Positions 8,318 through 18,512 of a stretch of DNA of 64,000 nucleotides are shown one piece after another. Positions within the stretch are counted from its first letter, which is position 1. Each line of letters opens with the position of its first letter. The notes beneath the pieces are model-generated. The model was not told the DNA's origin, ran no database searches, and saw only the letters and a program-made list of their open reading frames with translations. The position numbers and the translations under genes were made by a program. Origin of the DNA: Candidatus Altiarchaeota archaeon (lineage in GTDB: Archaea; Altiarchaeota; Altiarchaeia; IMC4; SCGC-AAA252-I15); NCBI GenBank assembly GCA_043800705.1, contig JAZDMS010000010.1:96001-160000 (forward strand), read 5' to 3'.

Positions 8318-11221
8318 CTATCCTGTCGAGGTGGCATTCGCCGGTTGCCTGTCGAATCCTTCATAGCTGATCTCGTATGAGCGCACAAAACCGTAGCTGA
8401 ACTCGCCGTCTGGCGTCCCGTCGCCGTCGTAGTCGGGTATCTGCCTGAAGTGCAGCAGCGGCTTCACTTCCCGTGTGTACAGCCCGTACCTCCTGTATTC
8501 GTCGAGGTATTTGCCGAGGTACAGCCTCGTCGTCATGAAGTCGTTGAACTCCTGGGGCACGTAGACGAGCGTTTTGAACTGCGGCAGATTGCATATGCTT
8601 CCCCTCGGCAGGCTGTTCCAGTTCAGGGCGCAGTAGAGGATGCTCGGTATCTCCTCTTCCTCGTTTACGCGAAGGAGGGGCTGTACCCCCAGGAGCGAGG
8701 CGTCGTTGGCCTTGCTCCACTTGTCCCACGGTATGTGGTTGCCGTAGGGGTCGACCGCTGTTATGCCCCTTATCCCGCTGCCTTCGAGCTCGAATATGAC
8801 GCCTGAAACGTACCCCTGGCACCCGAAAACGACCTGCCTCACCTTGGAGAAGCTGCCGTTCTGGGAGACCGATATCCGCTCTTCGAGCTGGCTCTGTGCC
8901 GGGAGGAACTGGCACTCTGCGTAGTTCTTCCAGGAGCCGGGAGTCACGTCCTCTATGTTGCCTGTGGCGATGAAGTGCAGGGCGCTTCCCTTGCCGATCA
9001 TCGTCCAATCGATGGCCGCATACCTGAGGCCCCAGCTCTGGTTATAATCCCTGTAGGCCTTGTCGTACGCCTTGACCATCTCGAACGCCTCCTCCTCCGA
9101 CGTCTTGTTCTCGAAGAACGTCGCCACGTCCTGTATCTCGTAGTAGTCGGCCTGGAGGTTGTCTATGAGGACTGGCCTGTGGGAGACTGCCGTAATCCAG
9201 TGGCCGTAGTCCCACCACGTGAGTATGGCGTCGCCGGGGCCCGTATTGTTCGCGTGCCATTCGAGCATCGGGTACCAGTAGAATATGTCCTCGGTGGGGC
9301 CCATGTGGAGCACGACGTATCCGACGGCCTTGGAGTAGAGGGCCGGGCCGAACATGGGGACGTAGGCGATTGGGATGCATATGACGAGGATCGTGCCTAT
9401 GATCCTCAGGCTTTCGAGGTCGCTTTTCTTTATAGTTGAAAACAGGCCTATTGTGGCCCCCAATGCGGTTATCGACGCGCTTGAGGCGAATATCCAGGCG
9501 CTCTTGTTGTAGGCACCCCACATCATCGGGATGCTCCATGTCAGGATGAAGAGGGCGCCGATGCTGCCTGTAGAATATACGATGTAGGCCATCAGCGGTA
9601 TGGTGATGATGGAGTACAGGAGCGCTATCCCATACCTATTGTATCCCTGGGTGAGGAATTCGTTGAATGATGAGGCGAGCGGGTTCTGTTCCGCGACCGT
9701 CTGGTGGACTACGCTCTTATCCTTTGCAGAGAGTATCACCTGGGCCGCGAAATCGACGAGGTCGGTGGGCGTCTTATAGAACGCAAGGATTATCCCCGCA
9801 AGTATCAGCGCGACTATGCCGAGGGCGATGACGTTCTTCTCTATGGCGTCCACTGTCCTGTCCTCGATGGAAGCCCCTCCCGTGAGCTGCATGCCCCTGC
9901 TTTTCACCCTTATCATCTCCAATATGAGGGAGAGGCATAAGGTCGCCGCTATGGGGTAAAGCTCGTTCGGGGACATCGAAGGGAAAATCCATGCACCGCC
10001 CCTGGCATGCACCATCGTCCCCATCAGGTTGTATACGATGACCGGTATCAGTATGTACGGCAGATGCTCTATGGCGTTCTTGTTGTGTGCCAACCTCACG
10101 AAGGCATATAATGTGCCGAACGTGCCTATCGTCATCATGGCGTATGCGCTGCCAGCCCAGCTCATCCTGAGCATCAGGGCGGCAATGCCGGTCAGGAGCG
10201 CATACCTGAAGCTCTTCCTCTGATATGAGGCGAAGAAAAGGAAGAGGGTGGCAACCATGAGGAACATCCCGAAGGAGTCGTCTTCTGGGTTGGTGGCCGT
10301 GGCGTTCGCCGCAAGAGCCGGGCTCAGCATGAGCATGAACGCGGCAAGGAGCGCCGCCAACTTGTTGTACGGCCTCATGTCCGAGAACATCTCCTTGACG
10401 AGGAGGTACATGACGACGACCGTCAGGGCTGCTAGTATCCCCGGGAAGAGCATGGCGACCTGAAACATGGAGACGCCGAGGGGATCCAGGGCCAAGGCGA
10501 GCCCCGTGTAGCTGATCTGCATCATCATGGGGGAATCCGATTGTACGAGGCCGAATGTGGTCGGCCTCTGGCTCGTGTATGCCAGGTCCGAGCTGTGGCT
10601 GAGCCCCCCGTACATGGGGTACACCAGCGGGTCGTATTCCGGCGGGTAGCCAGTGTTGTATATGACCTGCATCCACTTGTAGTGCCAGTATGAGTCAAGG
10701 TTAGCCAGCAGGTTGGCGTTGGCGGGGACCAGGTGCAGAAGGAGCGCCGCGAGGAAGAGCGCCAAGACCATGGAAAACTCCACGTTGACGACCTTGTGGT
10801 AGCTCAGCGCATAGAATAAGGCGAAAATCGCCGCCATGATGCTGAAATAGGGGTAATCGACGTTCTGCGGATACCCGTATGCGTTCGAGTAGTATGAGAA
10901 CACCCCCGAAATGAGTATGAGTATCGGTATGCCCCAGCTCCACTGGTCCGACCTCAAAGCCTGCTGGCTGAAGACGGCATAAGCGCTCAGGATCCCGAGC
11001 ACGATCAGCATCAGCGGCCCGCCGTCGTAGAAGAAGCCGCTCGTCATCGGCTTGATGCATGCAAGGGTCAGTGCGAGCAGAGCCGCCAGAAGGAGGGGTT
11101 TGGTGAACTGGCCGAAGACTCCTTCGAATGCGCCGAGGGAGAGCGTTATCGACTGACTGTCGCCTTCCGGATCGGTTATCTTATCCCCCGGCGTATCCCG
11201 CGCTTTTTTAGAAGAAGCCAT
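8318..11221 (-). CDS. aglB: Oligosaccharyltransferase AglB/STT3
   Basis: Multi-TM N-terminus with LDSYWHY, TVAEQ (TIXE-like), canonical WWDYG motif; start trimmed to MASSKK. Confidence 0.92.
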   Translation of the reverse strand: MASSKKARDTPGDKITDPEGDSQSITLSLGAFEGVFGQFTKPLLLAALLALTLACIKPMTSGFFYDGGPLMLIVLGILSAYAVFSQQALRSDQWSWGIPILILISGVFSYYSNAYGYPQNVDYPYFSIMAAIFALFYALSYHKVVNVEFSMVLALFLAALLLHLVPANANLLANLDSYWHYKWMQVIYNTGYPPEYDPLVYPMYGGLSHSSDLAYTSQRPTTFGLVQSDSPMMMQISYTGLALALDPLGVSMFQVAMLFPGILAALTVVVMYLLVKEMFSDMRPYNKLAALLAAFMLMLSPALAANATATNPEDDSFGMFLMVATLFLFFASYQRKSFRYALLTGIAALMLRMSWAGSAYAMMTIGTFGTLYAFVRLAHNKNAIEHLPYILIPVIVYNLMGTMVHARGGAWIFPSMSPNELYPIAATLCLSLILEMIRVKSRGMQLTGGASIEDRTVDAIEKNVIALGIVALILAGIILAFYKTPTDLVDFAAQVILSAKDKSVVHQTVAEQNPLASSFNEFLTQGYNRYGIALLYSIITIPLMAYIVYSTGSIGALFILTWSIPMMWGAYNKSAWIFASSASITALGATIGLFSTIKKSDLESLRIIGTILVICIPIAYVPMFGPALYSKAVGYVVLHMGPTEDIFYWYPMLEWHANNTGPGDAILTWWDYGHWITAVSHRPVLIDNLQADYYEIQDVATFFENKTSEEEAFEMVKAYDKAYRDYNQSWGLRYAAIDWTMIGKGSALHFIATGNIEDVTPGSWKNYAECQFLPAQSQLEERISVSQNGSFSKVRQVVFGCQGYVSGVIFELEGSGIRGITAVDPYGNHIPWDKWSKANDASLLGVQPLLRVNEEEEIPSILYCALNWNSLPRGSICNLPQFKTLVYVPQEFNDFMTTRLYLGKYLDEYRRYGLYTREVKPLLHFRQIPDYDGDGTPDGEFSYGFVRSYEISYEGFDRQPANATSTG

Positions 11222-11223
11222 CC

Positions 11224-11916
11224 TCATCTGCCGTATCTGCGTTCCCTGCTTGTGTAGTCCTGGATGACCTTCTTGAGGTCCTCCTTGTCGAATTCCTGCC
11301 AGAGCTTGGGGATGAAATATATCTCGCTGTAGGCGGACTGCCACAGGAGGAAATTGCTCAGCCTGTCCTCGCTCGTCCGTATGATGATGTCCGGGTCGCC
11401 CTTCACCCAGAGGTTCCCGCCGAGGTTCTCCTCGTTTATCTCCTGCCCCTGTTCGATCATCTTCCTGACCGCGTGGATTATCTCCTGCCTCCCACCGTAG
11501 GCGATAGCCAGGTTGAGCTTGAACTTATCGTATCCTTTCGTGGCCTCCTCGAGCCTTTCCATGTTGGCTACCATCTCGGCAGCCAGCTCCCTGTTGACTT
11601 CCTGTTTGCGGAGGAACTCCCTGTCGCCGCAGAGGCTGACCCTGACCTTATTCTCGTGCATGCTCTTGTCCGAGAGCCCCTTAAGGGCGTGCTTGTTGAA
11701 GGCCTTGAAGAGCGTCTCTATCTCCTTCTTGTTCCTGCTCGTTATGTTCTCTGTGGAAAGCGCGTAGAGCGTGACCTCGTCGACTTTGAGGTCGTAGCAC
11801 CACTCCAGGAAGTCGTAGAACCTGTTGATGCCCAAGTCATAAGACACAAGAAGGTCGCCTATGCCCCTCTTGGCCATGAATCTCCTGTTCCCGTCCGGAA
11901 TCAAGCCTATATGCAT
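11224..11916 (-). CDS. uppS: cis-prenyltransferase (UppS family; polyprenyl diphosphate synthase)
   Basis: HIGLIPDGNRR, LYALSTEN, AYGGRQEI, IRTSEDRLSNFLLWQSAYSE, C-terminal RRYG. Confidence 0.95.
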   Translation of the reverse strand: MHIGLIPDGNRRFMAKRGIGDLLVSYDLGINRFYDFLEWCYDLKVDEVTLYALSTENITSRNKKEIETLFKAFNKHALKGLSDKSMHENKVRVSLCGDREFLRKQEVNRELAAEMVANMERLEEATKGYDKFKLNLAIAYGGRQEIIHAVRKMIEQGQEINEENLGGNLWVKGDPDIIIRTSEDRLSNFLLWQSAYSEIYFIPKLWQEFDKEDLKKVIQDYTSRERRYGR

Positions 11917-11984
11917 TTCACACCCAAACTCAACCGATGTCTAAAATATGAGTAAAGATATAAATTAATAGTATAAAACCTGTC

Positions 11985-12461
11985 ATGGCCAAGCTTTCCT
12001 GTGTTTTGGATGCGTCGGGGATCAATCGCAGCAGCCTCGACTTCACCCGGGGCGGATACGGCATACCCTCCTCGGTCCTGTCGGAGCTGAAGGACGAGAG
12101 AGTGCGCTCCAGGGTGGAGGATTCGATAAGGGTCGGCGACGTAACCGTGGTCGCCCCCGGCGGGGATTCCCTGGAAAAGGCATCCGCCACCGCGAAGGAG
12201 ACCGGCGACATATCCTCCCTCAGCAGGCCAGACCTCGACGTCCTAGCGGCCGCGATAGAGCACGGCCTTACGATAGTGTCAGACGACTACGCTATACAGA
12301 ATACCGCAGCCAGGCTCGGCATCAGGGTCGAGGCCACAAGCCAGAAGGCCATCAGCCGCCAGCTCACATGGGTGTGGTCCTGTGAAGGCTGCGGCAGGAA
12401 GATGGAAGGTCCGGGGGCGTGCGGGGTCTGCGGTCACAAGGCGAGGAAGAGGCCGGCTTAG
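11985..12461 (+). CDS. nob1: NOB1-family PIN-domain ribonuclease
   Basis: VLDAS, ETGD...LS.PDLDVLA, SDDYAIQN, C-terminal CEGC...CGVC zinc ribbon. Confidence 0.9.
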   Translation: MAKLSCVLDASGINRSSLDFTRGGYGIPSSVLSELKDERVRSRVEDSIRVGDVTVVAPGGDSLEKASATAKETGDISSLSRPDLDVLAAAIEHGLTIVSDDYAIQNTAARLGIRVEATSQKAISRQLTWVWSCEGCGRKMEGPGACGVCGHKARKRPA

Positions 12462-13859
12462 CCGAACCAGTGCCCTTCGGTCGCCACCTTCAGGTAGTCC
12501 GTGTTCTTGTCTGTGACGCTCTTCGCAGCCGTCTGCCCCATGCTGATGCTGTGGTCCATGTTGTTGTAGCGGAATAGGCCGTTCCTTCCGAAGAAGCGGA
12601 GGTTCTTCACGCCCTTCAGGTGCCCTATGGCCTTGTCGAGGTTGGGCCTGTATTCCAGGTCGTATATGGGGTATGCGTGTGGCATGTAATGTATCCTCGA
12701 ACCCAGGTATTCGCCCTTTTTCACGAGGCCTATGTCGGCAAGGTCGTCCAGCACGCGCTTGGCGAGCGTTTCCTTGTCTGCCTTCCAGGTCTCGTCCCCG
12801 AGCTGACAGGTGATCTCTGCGCCTATTATGGTCTTCCCCTCCGGGGCGTTGCCGGCGGAGAAGTTCCTGGATTCGCTGACGCGGTTGGCGAGGTACTTCA
12901 GCTCCGGGAGGTAGATCCAGTGGTCGGGGCTTATGCCGTCCCTGCCGAACATGAGGTGCACGAGGACAATCGACCTGAATTTTAGGCTGCCTGAGGCCTC
13001 CAACACGTCCTTCGGCGGGCTGGGAGTCAATGCTCCGATGAAATCCGTGATAGGAATCGTCGAAAACACGAGGTCTTCGGGGCCCACGGCGACGGAACCC
13101 CCGGAATAACTGACTTTCGTGATTCTGTCATCCGCCATCTCGATGCCGGTTACTTTTGCGTTGAGCCTGACCTGCCCGCCGGCCTCCCTCATCCGTTTGG
13201 CATATTCCTCACTGATCGCTCCGATACCTCCGTGTGTCGGATAATAGAACCTGCTCACGTACGTCCTCGGCGTGTCCGAGGATTTCATCGCCTTCTTCAG
13301 CGTCTGTACGAAAGTGTCCCACAGGCTCAGTAGGCTGATCCTCTGCGCAGCCCAGTCGGCGCTCAGCCTCGTGCACGGGATGCCCCACGTCTTCTCCGTG
13401 TACACCCTGAAGTAGATGTCGTAGAGCCTCCGGCCGAACCTGTTCACGACCCAGTCCTCGAAGCTGAGATCCGGCGCCTTTGCGAACAGGTTCTTTGCCT
13501 TTATCGCGACGTAGTCCGCGATTATCCTCGCCGTCGTCAACGGCGGCATGTTGAAGAACGCGTTGCCCACCTTCAGGGGGATAGTCGAAGAACCTCCCCT
13601 CGAGCCTTATCCTCGACAGCCTGTCCCTCTCCACGAAGCCCCCCTCCATTATCCTCTTGAACTCGGCGTTCACCCCCTCCTCGTTTGTATGAAACCTGTG
13701 GGGCCCCAGGTCGTAGGTGAATCCGCCGTCTTCGAAGCTCCTAGCCATCCCCCCGACGCCGTCATCGGCCTCCAAGACGACGACGGGGACGCTCTCCATA
13801 GAGAGCGAATAGGCGGCGGAAAGCCCTGCAAGCCCGCCGCCAAGAACGATGACCTTCAT
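12458..13859 (-). pseudogene. FAD-dependent oxidoreductase (protoporphyrinogen oxidase / UDP-galactopyranose mutase-like), split by a +1 frameshift
   Basis: GGGLAGL dinucleotide fold and DLGPHRFH in ORF 13209-13859; YTEKTWG, WAAQRI, GRNGLFRYNNMDHS in ORF 12458-13570; removing one G from G5 at 13576-13580 gives FDYPLKVGNA in frame (may be a sequencing error). Confidence 0.85.
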
Positions 13860-13872
13860 TTTATCGTTGATA

Positions 13873-13893
13873 CCCCGCAGCTCTGCTGCGGGG
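13873..13893. other. Perfect GC-rich inverted repeat between priS and the FAD oxidoreductase gene (hairpin; terminator or operator)
   Basis: CCCCGCAGC-TCT-GCTGCGGGG. Confidence 0.4.
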
Positions 13894-13927
13894 ATGGTTT
13901 ATTTTTTCCATACTATTCGTATCTCCG

Positions 13928-15079
13928 CTATTTAACGGCTACATGCTCTGCCTTGTCCTTCAGCATGAGGTAGACCGCTGCGGCCTCGTCCATCTGCGCC
14001 TCTTCGCCGCTCCGGTAGGGTCCCCAGTCCCTTCCCTTCAGCTGGAACACGCCGACGTCCTTCGTCAGCGCCGCCTTCACGGGGCCGCCGGCGAATGCGA
14101 CCGCATCCGTCAGGGGGTCGAAGGTCTCGAGGTCCGCAACCCTCTTTGCCAGTAGGCCGCTTCCCCCGTGTATGGTGTCCGGCAGCCTGATGAGCCTCGA
14201 TATATCCGCTGTGACCTGTTTGTCTGTGTCCTCCATATCCTTTACTGCGAATTCCTTGACTACCATATCCCTTAAAACCTTGGGGATGATCTCCCTGTGC
14301 CACTTCCCCCTTTCAAGGAAATCAAGATATTTTTCCCTATTCTCTACTATACCCCTCACTTTAAGCTTTGAAAGCCCGTATCTGTCCCTCAGCGTTTGTT
14401 CATCGGAGTTCACAATGCCCTCCATGGTCTTGAATATTCGACCTGCCCATCCATTGTCTTGTCGTTTCGGGCCTACGCCTACTGGGCTCATGATCATTTT
14501 CGGCCTGCCTGCTTTGTACTTTATTCCGCTCGGTGAATCGTCGTCGCGTATGAAAAACTCGATGTCGAGACCCGCACCAGTGATGTAATCCACGATCTCC
14601 CGCCTCGCGTCCGTGTTGAGCGGCTTCACATCATCGGAGCCGACGTGTATGTGGTACCCCTTGCTTCCCGAGAAATTCACGGAAATATCCTTCCTGTCGA
14701 AGCCGAAATCATCCTCAAGGAATGCGAGCAGGTTGCCGGCTTCCGCCTTCACCTCTTCGAGGTGTTTCCCGTTCAGAAGCTCCATCGGCTTGTCGAGGTC
14801 GAAGACGAGGTCCGCGCCCCTCCAGCATTTGTCGGCCATCGGCTGGCTCGGGTACTCGTAGTAGGCGGTCGAATACGATATGTAGTACGGCGCCTCGGTC
14901 TTGAGGTACTGGTTGAGCTCCCTCTCCGTCGCGAAGGCCTTGTGCCTGAACTTGATCTTGTCCTCGAGGGTTCCGACGCCGAACTCCCTCCTGTGGACCT
15001 CCCTCGGCGCGGACACGGAATGGTTCCAGTAGTAGTCTTTGAACCTCTTCTTCAGGAATACCTTTGTTTCCGTGTTCAT
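13928..15079 (-). CDS. priS: DNA primase small (catalytic) subunit
   Basis: RREFG, ADLVFDLD, FSGSKGYHIHV, DKQVTADISRLIRLPDTIHGGSGL. Confidence 0.95.
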   Translation of the reverse strand: MNTETKVFLKKRFKDYYWNHSVSAPREVHRREFGVGTLEDKIKFRHKAFATERELNQYLKTEAPYYISYSTAYYEYPSQPMADKCWRGADLVFDLDKPMELLNGKHLEEVKAEAGNLLAFLEDDFGFDRKDISVNFSGSKGYHIHVGSDDVKPLNTDARREIVDYITGAGLDIEFFIRDDDSPSGIKYKAGRPKMIMSPVGVGPKRQDNGWAGRIFKTMEGIVNSDEQTLRDRYGLSKLKVRGIVENREKYLDFLERGKWHREIIPKVLRDMVVKEFAVKDMEDTDKQVTADISRLIRLPDTIHGGSGLLAKRVADLETFDPLTDAVAFAGGPVKAALTKDVGVFQLKGRDWGPYRSGEEAQMDEAAAVYLMLKDKAEHVAVK

Positions 15080-15119
15080 CCAGACCAAAAGAAATACGCA
15101 TTACCGTAAAAAATAGCCC

Positions 15120-15746
15120 CTAAAGCTCCTTCCTCACCATGTCCTCCGACCCCTCCAGCCTCTCCGGCACGTGGCAGACCTTCCCGGTGACGGTGTGGTA
15201 GAGGAGGGCCAGTATCCTGACCCTGCCGTCCCTGACCTCCCGGTAAAGCTTCGGATACCTGAACATCAGGAAGTTCACGACCGCCTCCCTCTGTATCCTG
15301 CAGCCTTCCTCCAAAAGGAGCTGCTCCAGCTGAGCGTGATCTGGCTTAATCCCCCTTTGGGAAAGGTAGCCGTCGACCCTTACCTTCGCATGCAGGCCTC
15401 CGCCGTCGACGAGGTGCCTCCTGATTTCGGGCTCGGCCTCGTTCGAGACTCCTTCGTAGCCTCCGCAGCGGGTGTGGTGCATGAGGATGATGAGCTCCGG
15501 CTTCAGGTGCGCGAGGGCGTAGACGAGCGCGGCCTTCGCGTCGTCGGTGAACAGGCCCCCGACATTCTTCACCTCGAATATGGTGCCAGGCTCGTTGATG
15601 TCGAATATCTCGTGGACGCTTACCCTGGAGTCGCTGCATGAGAGGCAGAAGACCTTCGGATCCTGTCCTGCGGCGAACCGTTCCCTAAGCCTCCTGAAAT
15701 GCCTAAGATGCCTTCGCCAACCCGTATGCAGGGCCTTGAGCTCCAT
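15120..15746 (-). CDS. Beta-class carbonic anhydrase
   Basis: SCSDSRV and HHTRCGG zinc ligands, VKNVGG. Confidence 0.88.
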   Translation of the reverse strand: MELKALHTGWRRHLRHFRRLRERFAAGQDPKVFCLSCSDSRVSVHEIFDINEPGTIFEVKNVGGLFTDDAKAALVYALAHLKPELIILMHHTRCGGYEGVSNEAEPEIRRHLVDGGGLHAKVRVDGYLSQRGIKPDHAQLEQLLLEEGCRIQREAVVNFLMFRYPKLYREVRDGRVRILALLYHTVTGKVCHVPERLEGSEDMVRKEL

Positions 15747-15806
15747 ATCCCTCTCAATATTGTTCGCGGAGGGCTAAATATAACCCTCTCCGCACATTAT
15801 CCTCAG

Positions 15807-16096
15807 ATGGCATTTTTCGGGCGGCTCAAGGGCGGGGACCACGAGAAGGACGTCGCCGCCTCCCTCATCCGGACCCGGACTGCCTCTTCCAGGCGATGCT
15901 CTTCTGGCACAACCCCACCCACGTGAGGCCCTACTCGAAAGGCTGCCTGGGCTCTGAGCTGGAAAAAGCCGGCTTCGAGGCCGTGGAACATCATGGGGCG
16001 AAATACTGCCTGCACCCCCTCAGGGTCCTCGCAGCCGTCCTGACGCTCTCAGACCCCAACAACCGCAACATACTCGTCGCAAGGAAAAGAAAGTGA
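15807..16096 (+). pseudogene. Internally deleted class I SAM-dependent methyltransferase remnant
   Basis: Start MAFFGRLKGG... joined out of frame to a typical C-terminal part (FWHNPTHVRPYS...LEKAGFEAVE...NILVARK); no GxGxG SAM motif. Confidence 0.5.
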
Positions 16097-16130
16097 GCCT
16101 ATTATAATATCGCCTGCCATAGGATATGGT

Positions 16131-17972
16131 ATGTCCCTCGATTACAAGAAGCTCGGCTTCAAGTGCGGCATCGAGATCCATCAACAGCTCGACACCCACA
16201 AGCTTTTCTGCGACTGCCCGTCGGCCGCCCGCGACGACAAGCCGGACATCACAGTCGAGAGGAAGATGAGGGCCGTCGCCGGAGAGCTCGGAGACGTCGA
16301 CCCCGCGGCGCTCCACGAATTCCTCAGAAACAGGACGCTCGTATACGAGGCCTACCGCGACACCACATGCCTTGTGGAACTCGACGAGGAGCCTCCTCAT
16401 CCCCTCAACCTGGGCGCGCTGAGGACCGTCCTCGAGGTCGCGTTCCTCATGGAGGCCAAGCCCGTCGACGAGCTCCATGTCATGCGCAAGACCGTCATCG
16501 ACGGCTCCAACACGAGCGGATTCCAGCGGACGATGCTCGTCGCGGTCGACGGCGTACTTCAGACGAGCGAAGGCCCCATCGGCGTCCCCACCATCTGCCT
16601 CGAGGAGGACGCCGCCCGGATAATCAGCGAGGACGGCGGCAAAGTACGCTACCACCTCGACCGCCTCGGCATCCCACTCATCGAACTGGCGACGAGCCCC
16701 GACATCAAAAGCCCCCAGCACGCCAGGGAAGTCGCCGAGAAGATCGGCGGCATACTCCGCTCAAGCCAGGTGAAACGCGGCCTCGGAACCATCCGCCAGG
16801 ACCTCAACGTATCCATAGCGGAGGGGCAGCGGATAGAGGTCAAGGGGGTCCAGGACCTCCGCCTCATATCGAAGGTCGTCGAAGGCGAGGTCGAACGCCA
16901 GGCCATGCTCGTCGAGGCGAAAAAGGAGCTGGCAAGACGCGGAATCAGGGAGAATGACTACGACCGAGAGCCCGCAGACGTCACGGACCTGTTCAAAGGC
17001 ACGCAGTCCGCGGTCGTAAGGAAAGGCCTAGAATCCGGCGGGATAGTCCATGGCGTTATCCTGAAGGGGCTCAAAGGCCTGCTGAAAGGAAGGCTCGGCC
17101 CGCAGCTGGCGCAGTACGCCCGCGCCATGGCCGGCGTCAAGGGGATATTCCACGGAGACGAACTGCCTGCCTATGGGATAAGCCCAGCGGAAGTCGATGC
17201 GGTGATGAAAAGGCTCGACGTATCCGGAGACGACTCATACCTCCTGGTGGCCGGAACCACGGAACAGGCGAAGAAAGCGCTAGATGCGGTCCTCGGCCGC
17301 TGCAGGAGCACTTTGGCAGGCGTACCGGACGAGGTCCGCCGAGCGAAAGACGACGGATCGACGGAATACATGCGGCCCCTCCCTGGCTCGAAGAGGATGT
17401 ATCCCGAGACCGACGAGCCGCTTCTCCCGTTGGACTCCTCGCTCCTGAAGGACGTGTCCTCGCATCTGCCGGAGCTTCGCGAAGACAAGGCGAAACGGTA
17501 CATGGAACTCGGCCTAGGCGCCGAAATGGCGTCCCAGATATCCCGCTCGAAGGAGGCCGGGCTCTTCGAGGAGCTGGCCGGCGAATTCCCGAAAGTGGAA
17601 GCCACCCTCATTGCGCAGACTCTGACAGCCACCCCCAAGGAGGCTGAGAAGAGGTACAAGGCGGACGTGGCGAAGCTCACAGTCGAACACCAGAGACAGA
17701 TCCTCCGGCTCATTTCAGAAGGCCGCATATCCAAGAACGTCGTCGCGGAACTGATGGCTAAGGTGTGCGAGAACCCCGGCGACCAGGTCGAGAAGTCCGC
17801 GGAAAAAAACAGGCTCACAACCCTCACCGACGCGGAACTGAAGGCGGTCATCGCAAGGCTGAAGACCGAAGACCCGAGACTTCAGGGCGCCCAGCTGATG
17901 GGGAAGGTCATGGCCGAGACCAAAGGCAGGGCGGACCCGAAAAAGGTGGGCGAATTACAAAACTCAGGCTAA
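16131..17972 (+). CDS. gatE: Glutamyl-tRNA(Gln) amidotransferase subunit E
   Basis: DYKKLGFKCGIEIHQQL, MRKTVIDGSNTSGFQRT, KRGLGTIRQDLNVSI, RPLPGSKRMYPETD. Confidence 0.97.
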   Translation: MSLDYKKLGFKCGIEIHQQLDTHKLFCDCPSAARDDKPDITVERKMRAVAGELGDVDPAALHEFLRNRTLVYEAYRDTTCLVELDEEPPHPLNLGALRTVLEVAFLMEAKPVDELHVMRKTVIDGSNTSGFQRTMLVAVDGVLQTSEGPIGVPTICLEEDAARIISEDGGKVRYHLDRLGIPLIELATSPDIKSPQHAREVAEKIGGILRSSQVKRGLGTIRQDLNVSIAEGQRIEVKGVQDLRLISKVVEGEVERQAMLVEAKKELARRGIRENDYDREPADVTDLFKGTQSAVVRKGLESGGIVHGVILKGLKGLLKGRLGPQLAQYARAMAGVKGIFHGDELPAYGISPAEVDAVMKRLDVSGDDSYLLVAGTTEQAKKALDAVLGRCRSTLAGVPDEVRRAKDDGSTEYMRPLPGSKRMYPETDEPLLPLDSSLLKDVSSHLPELREDKAKRYMELGLGAEMASQISRSKEAGLFEELAGEFPKVEATLIAQTLTATPKEAEKRYKADVAKLTVEHQRQILRLISEGRISKNVVAELMAKVCENPGDQVEKSAEKNRLTTLTDAELKAVIARLKTEDPRLQGAQLMGKVMAETKGRADPKKVGELQNSG

Positions 17973-18298
17973 AGCCCTTCCACGTGGCTGAGCCTGAGCC
18001 TCGCGAACAGGTCCCTGGGCCCCTTGTTCTCGGTTATCCCGTACTGGCTGAACATCGCAAGGAGCCTCCTTCTGAGGCCTTTGCCTGCCCGGTCCATGTC
18101 GGTGAGTATGACGACGTCCTTCTGATCCGACAACGCCTCCACGGTCTCGAGGATGCTAAGTTCCGTCTTCACCTCGACGATATTCTCCCCCTTCACTCCG
18201 AGGGAAACCAGGGCGGCCTTGTCCTTCCTGCCTTCGACGAGGATGACTGAGTCCCCCAGGGAATCGAGAAAATCCTCCAGAAGCAATCCCTCGATCAT
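17969..18298 (-). CDS. Small TOPRIM-domain protein (UPF0292 / RNase M5-like)
   Basis: ILVEGRKDKAAL, ILTDMDRAG (DxD). Confidence 0.85.
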   Translation of the reverse strand: MIEGLLLEDFLDSLGDSVILVEGRKDKAALVSLGVKGENIVEVKTELSILETVEALSDQKDVVILTDMDRAGKGLRRRLLAMFSQYGITENKGPRDLFARLRLSHVEGL

Positions 18299-18429
18299 TG
18301 TCCCCATCTGTTGCCGCAGGCCCTGCACAGGCACAGGATGGTCCCAAGCTCATGGTGGTTGGAAATGTCGATCTCTATGCTGTTGCAGTACGTGCACCTG
18401 GACACCCTGCGCATTAATCTCTCGTTCAT
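18295..18429 (-). CDS. 44-aa zinc-ribbon microprotein
   Basis: MNERLMRRVSRCTYCNS...CRACGNRWGQ; two CxxC; ATGA overlap with the TOPRIM gene. Confidence 0.6.
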   Translation of the reverse strand: MNERLMRRVSRCTYCNSIEIDISNHHELGTILCLCRACGNRWGQ

Positions 18430-18512
18430 TCTAAAATGCGCAACCCCCCTATGTTCATAGTATTCCCCTGCGGAGGATATATACTCCCGGCAAATAGGCC
18501 GGAGCAAAAGGC

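Noticed and set aside
11221-11344. N-terminal extension of the 1008-aa aglB ORF
   Set aside because: Overlaps the uppS 3' end; the ATG at 11221, 2 nt after the uppS stop, is the more plausible start
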